Below are positions 9,084 through 18,497 of a DNA stretch of 34,881 nucleotides, piece after piece. The position numbers and the translations under genes are program-made. Each line of letters starts with the position of its first letter. The first letter of the stretch is position 1. The stretch comes from a virus. Its lineage: Duplodnaviria > Caudoviricetes. Location of the stretch: IMG/VR virus record IMGVR_UViG_3300032318_001636, positions 1-34,881 of that record. One strand, 5' to 3'. Under the pieces are notes generated by a model that did no database searches, had not been told where the DNA came from, and saw nothing but the letters and a program-made list of their open reading frames with translations.

Positions 9084-9659
9084 ATGCGTCTTCGGTCGCT
9101 GGTCGTCGCCACGCAGCCCACCGTCGAGCCCGTTAGCCTGGCCGACGCGAAGGCCCAGCTGTCGCTGCTCCCAGAGCAGACAGACGACGACGGCCTGATC
9201 GTCGGCCTGATCTCCGCGGCCCGCAGGCTCGTCGAGCGGCGTATGGGCCTGGCCCTGGCTCCGCAGCAGCTGCGGGCCAGGTACGAGCCAGAGGGCAACT
9301 CGAGCCCGCGGGAGGTCGAGCTGCCGGTGGCCCCTGTGCTGACTGGCAACACGTACCCGGTGGCGGTCGACGTTGGCGGCGTGGCAGTATCGAGCGCGAC
9401 CTATTCGGTCGACGCCGACTCGAAGCCTGGCGTGATCCGGTTCACTACAGCCCCGTCGGTCCCAGAGGCCTCGGTGCTGACCGTCACCTACTGGGCTGGG
9501 CCGGACGCCAGAATCCCACCGCAGCTGCGGGCGGCGATCCTGCTCATGGTCGGCCACCTGTACGCCCGCCGCGAGGCAGCGTCAGACGTCCAGCTCTCCG
9601 AGGTGCCGATGGCGTTCGAGATGCTGCTGGCCAGCGAGTCGATCACCGGGAGGTACTGA
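9084..9659 (+). CDS. Head-tail connector (gp6-like)
   Basis: EPVSLADAKAQL...DDDGLI..LISAAR and AAILLMVGHLYARRE motifs. Confidence 0.92.
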   Translation: MRLRSLVVATQPTVEPVSLADAKAQLSLLPEQTDDDGLIVGLISAARRLVERRMGLALAPQQLRARYEPEGNSSPREVELPVAPVLTGNTYPVAVDVGGVAVSSATYSVDADSKPGVIRFTTAPSVPEASVLTVTYWAGPDARIPPQLRAAILLMVGHLYARREAASDVQLSEVPMAFEMLLASESITGRY

Positions 9660-9991
9660 TGGCTCTGCCGGCCGGAATCCTCCGCGAGACGGTCGTCGTC
9701 GAGCAGGAAACGGAGACGCGAAACAACCTGGGCGAGCCTGTGGCCACCTGGGCGACATTCGCCACCAGGCGGGCCGCGGTCCAGGCGATCAGCTACAGCG
9801 AGCAGGAGCGGCGGAAACAGATTGGCGGCGTCGGCACGTTCGTCGTCCGCTGCCACTACGTGCCGGGCCTTACGGGGAAGATGCGGATCCGGTGGGCCTC
9901 GAGGTCCGACCGGCTGCTCTATATCGCGTCGGTCGTCGAGCAAGGCAACCGCGACGAGCACGAGCTCACCTGCGACGAGAAGGCGACATGA
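9659..9991 (+). CDS. Head closure / head-tail adaptor (SPP1 gp16-like)
   Basis: AGILRETV...NNLGEPVATWATFATRRAAV pattern and synteny. Confidence 0.88.
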   Translation: MALPAGILRETVVVEQETETRNNLGEPVATWATFATRRAAVQAISYSEQERRKQIGGVGTFVVRCHYVPGLTGKMRIRWASRSDRLLYIASVVEQGNRDEHELTCDEKAT

Positions 9992-10488
9992 GCGACTTAG
10001 TTACGCTGAACTGGCAGCAAATGTCCGGAGAGATCTCGTCGCTCATGCAGCGATACGCGACTCTTCCTCGCCATATTGCAAAAAAGCATCTTGTCGCCGC
10101 AATGAAACGCTCGCTTCGGCCAGGCGTTCCACTTCTCAAGGCCGCTACACCAGTCGGCAGAGTCATGAAAGCAAATAAAAATGGCGTCCTGAAAATGCGG
10201 AGATCCGGGGAACTCCGCAGAGCTGCGGTTGCGAAGGCCTATTACAAAGGCAGGAATGCTGACGGATTTGTTGTTGGGGTGCTCGGATACAAGTACGGCC
10301 CGCAGAGCAGGAAGGCTATCTATCTTGAATTCGGCACGAAATACGTCAGGCCTCGCGGCATCGTCGCTGGCGTGATGCAAGCGTACAAAGGCAAAGCTGC
10401 CACGAACCTGTCTGGAGAGATGGCGGCGGCGCTGGAAAAGGCATCGCAGGAGCTGGCTGCCGGCAAGAACCCTGGGAGCCCGTTCTGA
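9988..10488 (+). CDS. HK97 gp10-like neck/tail-completion protein
   Basis: Basic protein with ATPVG..SGELRR and YLEFGT motifs; synteny. Confidence 0.8.
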   Translation: MSDLVTLNWQQMSGEISSLMQRYATLPRHIAKKHLVAAMKRSLRPGVPLLKAATPVGRVMKANKNGVLKMRRSGELRRAAVAKAYYKGRNADGFVVGVLGYKYGPQSRKAIYLEFGTKYVRPRGIVAGVMQAYKGKAATNLSGEMAAALEKASQELAAGKNPGSPF

Positions 10489-10883
10489 TGCCATTCCCAG
10501 AGCAATGGGCGAAGGCCGCCATCGAGGCCGCCGCGAGCTGCCAAGCCTTCCCGCTGATCGCGCCGGAATCGGCAGCCCTGCCGTACGTCATCTACGGGCG
10601 GACAGGCACTGACAGGGCGACGGTCATGTACAACGCCCCGTTGAACGTCAACCCGGCCGGGACGTTCCAGCTCGAGATCTACGCCGCCACGTATTCCCAG
10701 GCGAAGACGCTTGCGGACTCGGTTCGGGCCGCCATGCACAACTTCAACGGCACGGCCTCCGGAATCACAATCCGGCTGTGTTTGCTCCTGGAGGAGCGCG
10801 ACGGCGACCCGGTCTTTTTTGATGGCCAGGACAAGCCGACGTTTATGGTCGAGCACACGTATCAAATCCGCTGGCAGGAGTAG
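10488..10883 (+). CDS. Tail terminator (DUF3168-like)
   Basis: FPLIAPE...LPYVIY...FQLEIYAATYSQAKTLADSVRAAM pattern. Confidence 0.85.
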   Translation: MPFPEQWAKAAIEAAASCQAFPLIAPESAALPYVIYGRTGTDRATVMYNAPLNVNPAGTFQLEIYAATYSQAKTLADSVRAAMHNFNGTASGITIRLCLLLEERDGDPVFFDGQDKPTFMVEHTYQIRWQE

Positions 10884-10886
10884 GAC

Positions 10887-11228
10887 ATGCCCGACATCGC
10901 AGACTCCCAGGGAACGACGTTTAGCTTCAACTCCGTCACGTTTGTGGCGAAGAACGTGAAGGTGAAGCGGTCGCGTCCGACGATCGACGTTACCCCACTG
11001 TCGGCCACTGCTGGCTCGACTCGCGTCTTTCAGCAGGCACCGCTGGACGACGGCGATACGATCACCTGCGAATACTGGGGGACGACCGCCCCTCCTCGAG
11101 GCTCCAAGTACGCGATCTCGTGCAGCACGCTCGGAATCAGTGGCCAGGCGTTCTGCGAAGAGTTCGAGCTCACCGCGGCTGTAGGAGAATTGCTCGTCGG
11201 GACGGCGTCGTTCAAGCTGACCGGCTGA
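10887..11228 (+). CDS. Short tail-tube-like protein, copy 1
   Basis: Position after terminator; SQGTTFSF, IDVTPL, DGDTITCEY, ASFKLTG resemble a minimal siphovirus tube fold. Confidence 0.7.
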   Translation: MPDIADSQGTTFSFNSVTFVAKNVKVKRSRPTIDVTPLSATAGSTRVFQQAPLDDGDTITCEYWGTTAPPRGSKYAISCSTLGISGQAFCEEFELTAAVGELLVGTASFKLTG

Positions 11229-11243
11229 ACCTGGGGGTGAGCC

Positions 11244-11633
11244 GTGCCGGACGTCCCCGACAGCCAGGGAGCGAACATAACGTTTCGTGGAACGTACCTC
11301 GGCGTCCTTCAAGGGTTCTCGCCGTCGGTCACTGCCGGGAACGTTCACGAGGTCACGAGTTTCAGGTCGCAGGTCGTCGGCTCCGGCCAGAGCGCTCGCG
11401 TAGTCAAGCAGTACAACTGCACGAGCATCGAGCCAGGCACCATCACCGCCAGGTTCATCGGCTCGCCTAGCCTGGCGAAGACGGACATCGGCGGGCCTGG
11501 CACGCTCGTCGCAACCTGGGCCGACGGAAAGACGTTTTCTGGGCAGGCCTTCTGCTCGTCCCTCGACGCCGAGCTGGCGCGGGGCGAGCTGATCCAGTGG
11601 GCCGCCACGTTCCAGTTCACAGGCTTCGACTAA
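11244..11633 (+). CDS. Short tail-tube-like protein, copy 2 (paralogue)
   Basis: GTG start; shares MPD..DSQG...F, SGQAFC, GEL...A.F..TG with the upstream gene. Confidence 0.7.
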   Translation: MPDVPDSQGANITFRGTYLGVLQGFSPSVTAGNVHEVTSFRSQVVGSGQSARVVKQYNCTSIEPGTITARFIGSPSLAKTDIGGPGTLVATWADGKTFSGQAFCSSLDAELARGELIQWAATFQFTGFD

Positions 11634-11644
11634 CAGGGAATCCA

Positions 11645-11992
11645 ATGCCGCTCACCGCCGACGAGATCCTGGCCCTCGATGACATCCGCCCGCCGCAGCT
11701 GCTGCACATCAAGGCGTGGGGGAAGGACGTCTACCTGCTCGACCCGACGGCAGACGTCCGCGACGAGTGGGAGATCTTCTGCGCCGCCAACCAGGGCAAG
11801 CGGGCGAGCTGGCGGGCCAAGCTGGCGAGCCTGCTGCTGTGCGATGCCGACGGCAATCGGCTGTTCACGTCCGACGCGGACGTGGCCAGGCTCGGCAAAA
11901 AGAACGCGCGGGCGCTGCACGAGATATGGGAGGCGGGCCAGAAGCTGCTCCTGATCACCGACAAGGAGATCGACGAGCTCGAGGGAAAATGA
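11645..11992 (+). CDS. Tail assembly chaperone (gpG-like)
   Basis: LTADEILA...WGKDVYL...LCDADGNRLF pattern; ends in slippery G GGA AAA. Confidence 0.88.
   Translation: MPLTADEILALDDIRPPQLLHIKAWGKDVYLLDPTADVRDEWEIFCAANQGKRASWRAKLASLLLCDADGNRLFTSDADVARLGKKNARALHEIWEAGQKLLLITDKEIDELEGK
11983..11989 (+). other. Programmed -1 ribosomal frameshift site GGGAAAA
   Basis: X XXY YYZ heptamer in the correct phase just before the chaperone stop; the -1 frame is open to 12312. Confidence 0.85.
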
Positions 11993-12312
11993 GGGGCCGG
12001 CCGGACGACGTGTTCATCTACCGGCTGGCCCTGTCGCTCGGAATACCAAACGTGGAGGCCTGGAAGAGACGACTGACGGTTCGGCAACTCAAGCTCTGGA
12101 TGGCCGCCTGGAGGATCGAGCCCTTCGGCGACCAGTGGCGGATGGCCGCCAGGTCGTCCCTGGTGACGGCCGCGGCCTTCGGGGCGCAGCCTGATCCGAC
12201 GGCCGAGGAACGGTTCCTGCCGAGCTACCGAGAGAAGCCGCAGACGTTCGAAGAGCTGAAGGCCGAGCTGGCAAAGATTCCGGCGTTCGCAAAACAGATG
12301 CAGGGCGAGTGA
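11989..12312 (+). CDS. Tail assembly chaperone extension (gpT-like)
   Basis: FIYRLALSLG...W...EPFGD pattern; lies in the -1 frame of the chaperone, directly before the tape measure. Confidence 0.85.
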   Translation: MRGRPDDVFIYRLALSLGIPNVEAWKRRLTVRQLKLWMAAWRIEPFGDQWRMAARSSLVTAAAFGAQPDPTAEERFLPSYREKPQTFEELKAELAKIPAFAKQMQGE

Positions 12313-13850
12313 TGGCAGCCACGATCGGCAAAGTATCCGCCGTATTCACCGCGTCGACGTCCGGCCTGAAGGCTGGGGTCGCGGAGGCGTCGTCGTCGTT
12401 CAAGAAGCTGTCCGGCGACGTTGCCGGCCTGCGGTCCGGGATGCGGATGCTGGCGGCCATCCAGGGCGCCCAGCTCTTCGGCCAGGTCGCCAGCGGCGCC
12501 GCGTCCGCCGCCAGGGCGTTTGTCAGCATGGCCAAAGGCCAGGCCGAGGGCATCGACAAGACGTCGAAGCTGTCGCGTCAGCTCGGCATGACATACGGCG
12601 AGCTGGCTGGCCTGTCGCTGGCCGGCGACCTGGCTGGCGTCTCAATGGAGACGATCGGCAAGGCGGCCACCAAGGCCGACGTGGCGTTCGTGAAGGCCGC
12701 CCAAGGCTCCGCCCTCGCCCAGCAGGCCCTTGCCGGCGTGGGCCTGTCAGTCGACGAGCTGCAAAACAAGACGCCCGCCGAGCGGTTTCAGATGATGGCC
12801 GACGCGATCGCCGGCCTTCCGACGCCGGCCGAGCGTGCTCGAGCTGCGATTGGCCTGTTTGGCAAGAGCGGGGCCGAGCTGCTTCCGCTCTTTGAGGGCG
12901 GCGCCGGCTCGATCCGCAAGGCCGTCGAGGAGGCCAACAAGTTCGGAATGGCCCTGACGAACGAGCAGGGCGTTGCCGTCGAGGAGATGAACGACGCCTT
13001 CACGCGGGCCTACGCGTCCATACAGGGCGTCGTGCAGCAGGTGGTGGCCTACCTGGCACCGGCGATCCAGTCCGTCACAGATACATTCACGAACCTGATC
13101 GGCGGGATCGGCGGGGCCAACATCGGCCAGTTCATCGGCGAGGGGATCATGGCCGGTGCCGAGTTCCTGGCGTCGATCGCCGACTCGTTCCTGGGAGGGC
13201 TCACGTCGGCCTGGGAGTTTGTCTCGAGCGTCGGCGCCCAGTGGGCCGGCGTGTTCGAGCTGGGAAGCCGTGTAGCTGCGTTCCTGTCTGGCGTCGGCAA
13301 CGCGCTCAAGGTTGTGCTGGCCGCCGGTATTGCGGGCCTGACGGCCCCTGTGACGGCCTTGCTGAAGGGTGCCGATTTCCTGGCAAAGCGTGTCGGCGTC
13401 GACCTGGGCGTCGACAATTTCATCAAGGGCGCGGACGCGTTCAACAACTCAATGTTCACCGCCATGACAGAAGGCGGGATCGCGGCCGGCGAGGATTTCA
13501 AACGAGCGTTCGGCGACGGCGGACCTGTCGCCCAGGCCCAGAAAGGGCCGTTGGCCACGATGGTTTCGGACTCCCTCAAAGCGGCCAGCGAGGCGGCCAG
13601 CGCGAAGAACACTGCCGACCGATCTGCCGTGAAGTCTCAGGCGACTGAGCCGGCAGCGTTCACCGGGCAGTCGCAAGAGGTCCTAAGGGCCACCGACAGC
13701 CGCTCAAAGGAAGGCATTGCCGAGATGTTCCGCCTGATGCGTGGCGGTTCCGGCGACGTCCAGGAGCAGCAGCTTGGCGTCCTTGAGCAGATCCGCGATG
13801 CGGTTTCCGAGGGCGACCTGATGGAAACCTTCGAATTCGCGGGAGGTTGA
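12312..13850 (+). CDS. Tail tape measure protein
   Basis: Ala/Gly-rich helical protein, LFGKSGAELLPL motif, position after chaperones. Confidence 0.93.
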   Translation: MAATIGKVSAVFTASTSGLKAGVAEASSSFKKLSGDVAGLRSGMRMLAAIQGAQLFGQVASGAASAARAFVSMAKGQAEGIDKTSKLSRQLGMTYGELAGLSLAGDLAGVSMETIGKAATKADVAFVKAAQGSALAQQALAGVGLSVDELQNKTPAERFQMMADAIAGLPTPAERARAAIGLFGKSGAELLPLFEGGAGSIRKAVEEANKFGMALTNEQGVAVEEMNDAFTRAYASIQGVVQQVVAYLAPAIQSVTDTFTNLIGGIGGANIGQFIGEGIMAGAEFLASIADSFLGGLTSAWEFVSSVGAQWAGVFELGSRVAAFLSGVGNALKVVLAAGIAGLTAPVTALLKGADFLAKRVGVDLGVDNFIKGADAFNNSMFTAMTEGGIAAGEDFKRAFGDGGPVAQAQKGPLATMVSDSLKAASEAASAKNTADRSAVKSQATEPAAFTGQSQEVLRATDSRSKEGIAEMFRLMRGGSGDVQEQQLGVLEQIRDAVSEGDLMETFEFAGG

Positions 13851-13851
13851 T

Positions 13852-14730
13852 ATGTCCGTCGTGTCCTGCCTTGAAATAGCCCGCGGCACCGGCGTTTCCG
13901 GCAAGTACGGCGAGACGTTTACGTTTACGCGGAAGTGGATCATCCGCGTCGATTCGCCGACGACGTCCCGCGTGAAGATTTCGCAGGCCGCGAGCGTCCT
14001 GTTCGGCGACGGCTACCCTGACTTCACGAGCCACAAGGCGATGGAGTTCGACCTGACCGAGGAGTCTGGCGACGGCATGATCTGGGGCCTGGTCGTTCGG
14101 TACTACATTCCGCCGGTCGAGAACACGCCGGACCCGTCGACCGGAATGCCAAAAGACTGCTGGAGCGGCGCGGGCTCGTCGACGTCCATTCCGGTGTTCA
14201 AGGACAAGGACGGCGTCCTTGTCGTCAACAGTGCAGGCGATCCGCTCGAGGGGGCCGAGCGGGAGTCGAGCGAGTTCTCGCTGACGCTGACCAAGTGCTA
14301 TTCGGACCTGTCATGGTCGCCGATCGCCAAGTCTCGCTCAAACACGGTGAACTCGAGCTCGTGGAACGGCTCGGCGGCCAGGACCTGGAAGGCGTCGTTC
14401 CGGTCGGCGAACAAAAAAGAGGCCACCGTGAGCGGCAGCTCGAGCGACACGAAGCCGTACTGGGAGGTGACGTGGGAGTTCCACTACCGCGAGGAGACGT
14501 GGGATTTCAAACCGTGGGACGTCGGCTTCAACCAGCTCGTCGATTCCAGCGGCAGCCCGGCCACCGGCGGGACGTCGAGGGCCGCGATCCTCGGCGCCGA
14601 CAAAAAGCCCGTGAAGGCCCCAGTGGCCCTGTCGAACGGCGTGGCCAAGGCGGCCGGGCAAAAGCCTGACGCCCTGGCGTTCCGGCTGTACCAGGAGACG
14701 GATTTCAGCGTCTTCGGGAACCCGAGCTAA
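13852..14730 (+). CDS. Putative distal tail / tail-tip protein
   Basis: Directly after tape measure; beta-rich; VNSAGDP segment. Confidence 0.65.
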   Translation: MSVVSCLEIARGTGVSGKYGETFTFTRKWIIRVDSPTTSRVKISQAASVLFGDGYPDFTSHKAMEFDLTEESGDGMIWGLVVRYYIPPVENTPDPSTGMPKDCWSGAGSSTSIPVFKDKDGVLVVNSAGDPLEGAERESSEFSLTLTKCYSDLSWSPIAKSRSNTVNSSSWNGSAARTWKASFRSANKKEATVSGSSSDTKPYWEVTWEFHYREETWDFKPWDVGFNQLVDSSGSPATGGTSRAAILGADKKPVKAPVALSNGVAKAAGQKPDALAFRLYQETDFSVFGNPS

Positions 14731-15155
14731 TGGCCAAGCCGCCGCGACAAACCGGGAGGCGGGTGGCGCTCAGCGTCGAGGCCGCCAAGCGGATCGGCCG
14801 GGCCGTGCTGACGGTCGAGGCCGGCGACCGCAACCAGGGCGGCACGCGGCTGCGATCGGCCCCAGGCGACGACGCCCTGGTCCGCGGGACGTTCTCCGGC
14901 AGCTGGGCCAAGGGGGCCGAGAAGGAAGTCACCGACGCCACGCTGTCGGCGGTGAAGTACAAGGCGAAAAACTACGTCGCTTCCCTGCTGCCGTCCGGGA
15001 CGATGGGCTGTCAGATCGCATACGTCGCCGGCGAGTGGGTGCTGGTGGCGTGGGACTGGTCGGCCCTGTCCGGGTACAGCGGGTCGGCCCAGCAAGTGCT
15101 CGCCCACAACACGAGCGGCCAGCTCGTCTGGCTTAACACCACGGCCTGCACATGA
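14730..15155 (+). CDS. Hypothetical tail-region protein
   Basis: TAATG coupling and typical codon usage. Confidence 0.7.
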   Translation: MAKPPRQTGRRVALSVEAAKRIGRAVLTVEAGDRNQGGTRLRSAPGDDALVRGTFSGSWAKGAEKEVTDATLSAVKYKAKNYVASLLPSGTMGCQIAYVAGEWVLVAWDWSALSGYSGSAQQVLAHNTSGQLVWLNTTACT

Positions 15156-15706
15156 CGCCCATCGCGACGAAGAACAACGCGATCATCCTCAAGGACGGCA
15201 AGCTCGCGGAGAACTGCGGGTGCTGCGGCGATTGGTGGTGCTATGACGGCGCAGCTTCTGGCGACTGTTTTTGCATTTGCGAAGACCCGGCACGAAAGCT
15301 GCCGAACGTGTTGCTATTCAACTGTGCAGCGTCGTCGTGGAATACGTCAGTGCCTAACTGGCCAAATCCAGACACTGCGGGAGACATAAGCCTCGTTAGG
15401 CCAACGTCCTGCACAACGCTGGGGTGGTACGGAAGTTATATGTCTGGAAGCGTTGCCATTTCTGTTTCTGTGGTATGCACGAACTGCTCGTCGAATACTC
15501 AGGCATTCGGGGAAGGAATGAACTTGCTGTGGTATCCGTCTGGCAGCCCAGGGTTGTCATATTCAAACACTTTCCTCACAGCCACAGGTTTTTCTGCCGG
15601 CTATGGAAAAGAAGCACTCAACGCCTTGTGCAACGGTCAGTCGCTTAGCGCCTACCGTTCTCCGAATGACCCGTACTTTGCAGCATCAGTACGCAGGGGT
15701 GACTGA
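15152..15706 (+). CDS. Cys-rich tail-region protein
   Basis: ENCGCC..WWCY..CFCIC; ATGA overlap; lower-GC 3' part. Confidence 0.7.
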   Translation: MTPIATKNNAIILKDGKLAENCGCCGDWWCYDGAASGDCFCICEDPARKLPNVLLFNCAASSWNTSVPNWPNPDTAGDISLVRPTSCTTLGWYGSYMSGSVAISVSVVCTNCSSNTQAFGEGMNLLWYPSGSPGLSYSNTFLTATGFSAGYGKEALNALCNGQSLSAYRSPNDPYFAASVRRGD

Positions 15707-15708
15707 AA

Positions 15709-16545
15709 ATGCCATGCCGGCAAGTTTCAACATATGGCGGCAAGTCAGGTGCCGGCGGCTACGCCACCGAAGCCGCCTGCCTCGAAGCGTGCAAGGAGGG
15801 CGCGTGCTGCGAGGACACGACGTGCAGCGTCAAGCCGCAGTGCCAGTGCCAGGGGACGGGGAAGACGTTCAAGGGGGTGGGGACGACGTGCAGTCCGACA
15901 TCAAGCCAGTGCTGCACCGTTTGCCTGACTCCCGCGCCGCAATCTAGCTGTCCGTGGTGTACCTGTTTTTGTGGAGACGGCCTTTCCGCGTACCCGCGAT
16001 TCATCAACATAACAATAGCGGGCTCATACAATATGTGGGGGCCGACCGTCAGCTATGGGTTTGCGGAAGTGTGGAATATGTTCGGGAGAGTAAAGCAAAA
16101 GCAATTTTCCGCAACCATCACGCTATCCGCTGTCTCTGGGATCACAAACTCATCGCACTCGTCAAACACGGATTCGCGATGCCAGCAATGGCAGTATGGA
16201 AACCTTGCGAGCGGAGGCTTGCCAATCGGAAACAGCGGCATGGTCGGACAAGTGTCGGCGCAAGCCAATGCTTACTCTACTTATTCGCAAGCTGTTTTTG
16301 AAGTGGCAATTGATTATTTTCGTGACACTTCTGAGATTGGCTCGTTGCTTGAAGATAGCTGGGCTTCGTCGTGGGCCGGAAACAGCCGCGCAACGGCAAA
16401 CGGAACAGGCTGGGTTGCGCGTGGTCAAATCGGATTTGCCGCTGACGCAGGGCCATACACATCAGGCGTCTGCTTGAGCAGGCTTGTCGGCAGGACTTTT
16501 TCCACGTCCGCCGAGCTCAAATCAATCAACGGAATACAGGAATGA
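15709..16545 (+). CDS. Cys-rich tail-region protein with GACC motif
   Basis: CLEACKEGACCEDTTC..QCQC...GVGTTC followed by a lower-GC domain. Confidence 0.72.
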   Translation: MPCRQVSTYGGKSGAGGYATEAACLEACKEGACCEDTTCSVKPQCQCQGTGKTFKGVGTTCSPTSSQCCTVCLTPAPQSSCPWCTCFCGDGLSAYPRFINITIAGSYNMWGPTVSYGFAEVWNMFGRVKQKQFSATITLSAVSGITNSSHSSNTDSRCQQWQYGNLASGGLPIGNSGMVGQVSAQANAYSTYSQAVFEVAIDYFRDTSEIGSLLEDSWASSWAGNSRATANGTGWVARGQIGFAADAGPYTSGVCLSRLVGRTFSTSAELKSINGIQE

Positions 16546-16970
16546 CCAGTTTGTGCGAGTGCGATACGGCAACTCGCAGGTGCAAGACGTGCGGTGTTTA
16601 CGATAGTTTTTGTGGCTCCCCGCGTTCCTGCCCAGCGACAGTTGTAGTAGACGACGAGTTTTCGCAGGCGCGACCGGCGAAGAATGCTACGGCTTTGCCT
16701 TTCGTCGCAGATGTTCCCCGCGGCGGCCCCGGCACCGAGCTTTCCAAGCTGCTGAAGAAGTTCGGCATCGAGCCAACGCCGACCTGCGCCTGTCGCGCCA
16801 AGGCCGCAGAGATGGACGCCTGGGGATGCGACGAGTGCAGCAAGCCCGAGCGCATCGACGAGGTTGTGGCGGTCATGCGCGCAGAGGCACAGGCACGCGG
16901 CCTGCCGTTCCTTGATGCCGTGGGGCGGATGCTCGTGCGGCGGGCCATCAGCAACGCTCGGCGGGCCTGA
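16542..16970 (+). CDS. Hypothetical Cys-containing protein
   Basis: ATGA overlap; GPGTEL...CAC...MDAWG domain. Confidence 0.72.
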   Translation: MTSLCECDTATRRCKTCGVYDSFCGSPRSCPATVVVDDEFSQARPAKNATALPFVADVPRGGPGTELSKLLKKFGIEPTPTCACRAKAAEMDAWGCDECSKPERIDEVVAVMRAEAQARGLPFLDAVGRMLVRRAISNARRA

Positions 16971-16989
16971 AAACCAGGGGCTAGGTCGT

Positions 16990-17018
16990 GTTGACCGGTC
17001 AACTGATTCCCGCACAAT
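16990..17018 (+). promoter_or_regulatory. Palindrome GTTGACCGGTCAAC over a putative sigma70-like promoter
   Basis: Perfect 14-bp palindrome; TTGACC-16 nt-CACAAT in the gap before 17053. Confidence 0.5.
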
Positions 17019-17052
17019 CTGAACGTTCGACCACTACCGCGAGGGACCCACC

Positions 17053-17445
17053 GTGGCGACGTTCTCACAAATCCCAGGAGATCTGGGGATCACGTTTGTG
17101 ATCGGCGACGAGCTGAACGTCGGCCTGGCGTTCACCGTGCCTGGCAGCTCGAGCACGCCGATCAACCTGACCGGGTACACGTTCGAGGCCAAGGTCTTCG
17201 TCCCGACATACTCCAACCCGGACGGCGGGCTTGGCTCTGGCAACTACGTGATCGGCTCGACGGCCGCCACGTTCACTGTGTCGCCTGTTTCGCTGTCTGG
17301 CGGCACAGTGTCGATCGGCCTCACCGAGACGCAGACGACCGCCCTGTCGGCAGCCACGGGCTACCGCTGGTATTTCCGGTGGACCGATCCTAATGGCGTG
17401 ACGCTCACGCCGCTGTCCGGCACGTTCACGGCCCGGATCCCATGA
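17053..17445 (+). CDS. BppU-like fibre adaptor/baseplate protein, copy 1
   Basis: PGDLGITF..GDE, INLTGYTFEA, GTVSIGLTETQTTAL, YRWYFRW; paralogue of 28843-29166. Confidence 0.7.
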   Translation: MATFSQIPGDLGITFVIGDELNVGLAFTVPGSSSTPINLTGYTFEAKVFVPTYSNPDGGLGSGNYVIGSTAATFTVSPVSLSGGTVSIGLTETQTTALSAATGYRWYFRWTDPNGVTLTPLSGTFTARIP

Positions 17446-18497
17446 GCGACATCACCGTTACCGTCAACGGCCAGAGCGGGCCAAACGTCACCGCCACAAC
17501 CGGCGACACTGTCGGCGTGGCCGTTGGCGCGTCGTCGTCGGCGTACACGATCACGGCATCGCTGGCAGGGACGCCTGGCGGCATTGGACCGACTGGTCCG
17601 CAGGGGTCGCCAGCCACAGCGATAGCTGTCGGCACAGTGACGACCGGCTCCGCAGGCAGCTCGGCCAGCGTGTCGGCGAAGTCGAGCAACAACGGCAACA
17701 ACGTCACGCTCGATTTCACGATTCCGCGAGGAGACGTTGGCGCTACTGGCCCGCAAGGCCCATCAGGGCCGGCAACGACTCTATCGATCGGAACCGTGAC
17801 GAGCGGCACGACTGCGTCGGCAACGCTCACAGGGGCGGCGCCGAATCAAACGTTATCTCTCGTGATTCCGGCTGCGTCTGGGTCGGGCGGCTCTGCTAAT
17901 TCGCTTTCGATCGGCACTGTGACGACGGGCGCAGCCGGTTCTTCTGCGTCGGCAGAGATAACAGGCGATCCGCCGTCGCAGACGTTGAACCTTACAATTC
18001 CGCGCGGCAATACAGGGGCCGCCGGCTCTGCCGGCTCTGCCGGCTCTGCCGGCTCTGCTAACAGTTTGTCGATCGGAACTGTCACGACTGGAGCCGCTGG
18101 ATCTTCTGCGTCGGCCACGATTACCGGAACGGCACCGACGCAGACTCTTTCGTTGACGATTCCGCGAGGCGATGCTGGGTCGTTTGGCGATCCGCAAACT
18201 CTCAGCGCAAAAACCGCCAACTACACGCTCCAGCTTTCCGACGTTGGAACGCTGCTGACGTTTTCGGCGTCGAGCGGAACGCTCACGATCACTGTGCCGG
18301 CGAGCTCGTCCGTGTCGTGGGTGGCTGGGTCGCATATCGACATCGCGCGCATCGGCGTGGCTGCGTTGACGGTGGCTGGGGCGTCAGGCGTGACCATTAC
18401 CGCCACCCCGTCCGCGTCGTTTCGCGCCACGGGATCAGGTGCGTCTCTTGTGTACCTCGGCTCCAACTCGTGGCTGCTGGTCGGAGATCTAGCTTGA
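17442..18497 (+). CDS. Tail fibre with collagen-like and IGTVTTG repeats
   Basis: G-X-Y runs; about four SIGTVTTG...QTL.L.IP units; C-terminal WLLVGDLA. Confidence 0.85.
   Translation: MSDITVTVNGQSGPNVTATTGDTVGVAVGASSSAYTITASLAGTPGGIGPTGPQGSPATAIAVGTVTTGSAGSSASVSAKSSNNGNNVTLDFTIPRGDVGATGPQGPSGPATTLSIGTVTSGTTASATLTGAAPNQTLSLVIPAASGSGGSANSLSIGTVTTGAAGSSASAEITGDPPSQTLNLTIPRGNTGAAGSAGSAGSAGSANSLSIGTVTTGAAGSSASATITGTAPTQTLSLTIPRGDAGSFGDPQTLSAKTANYTLQLSDVGTLLTFSASSGTLTITVPASSSVSWVAGSHIDIARIGVAALTVAGASGVTITATPSASFRATGSGASLVYLGSNSWLLVGDLA
18021..18056 (+). repeat. 9-bp tandem repeat (GCCGGCTCT)x4
   Basis: Four exact copies encoding AGS AGS AGS AGS. Confidence 0.9.
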
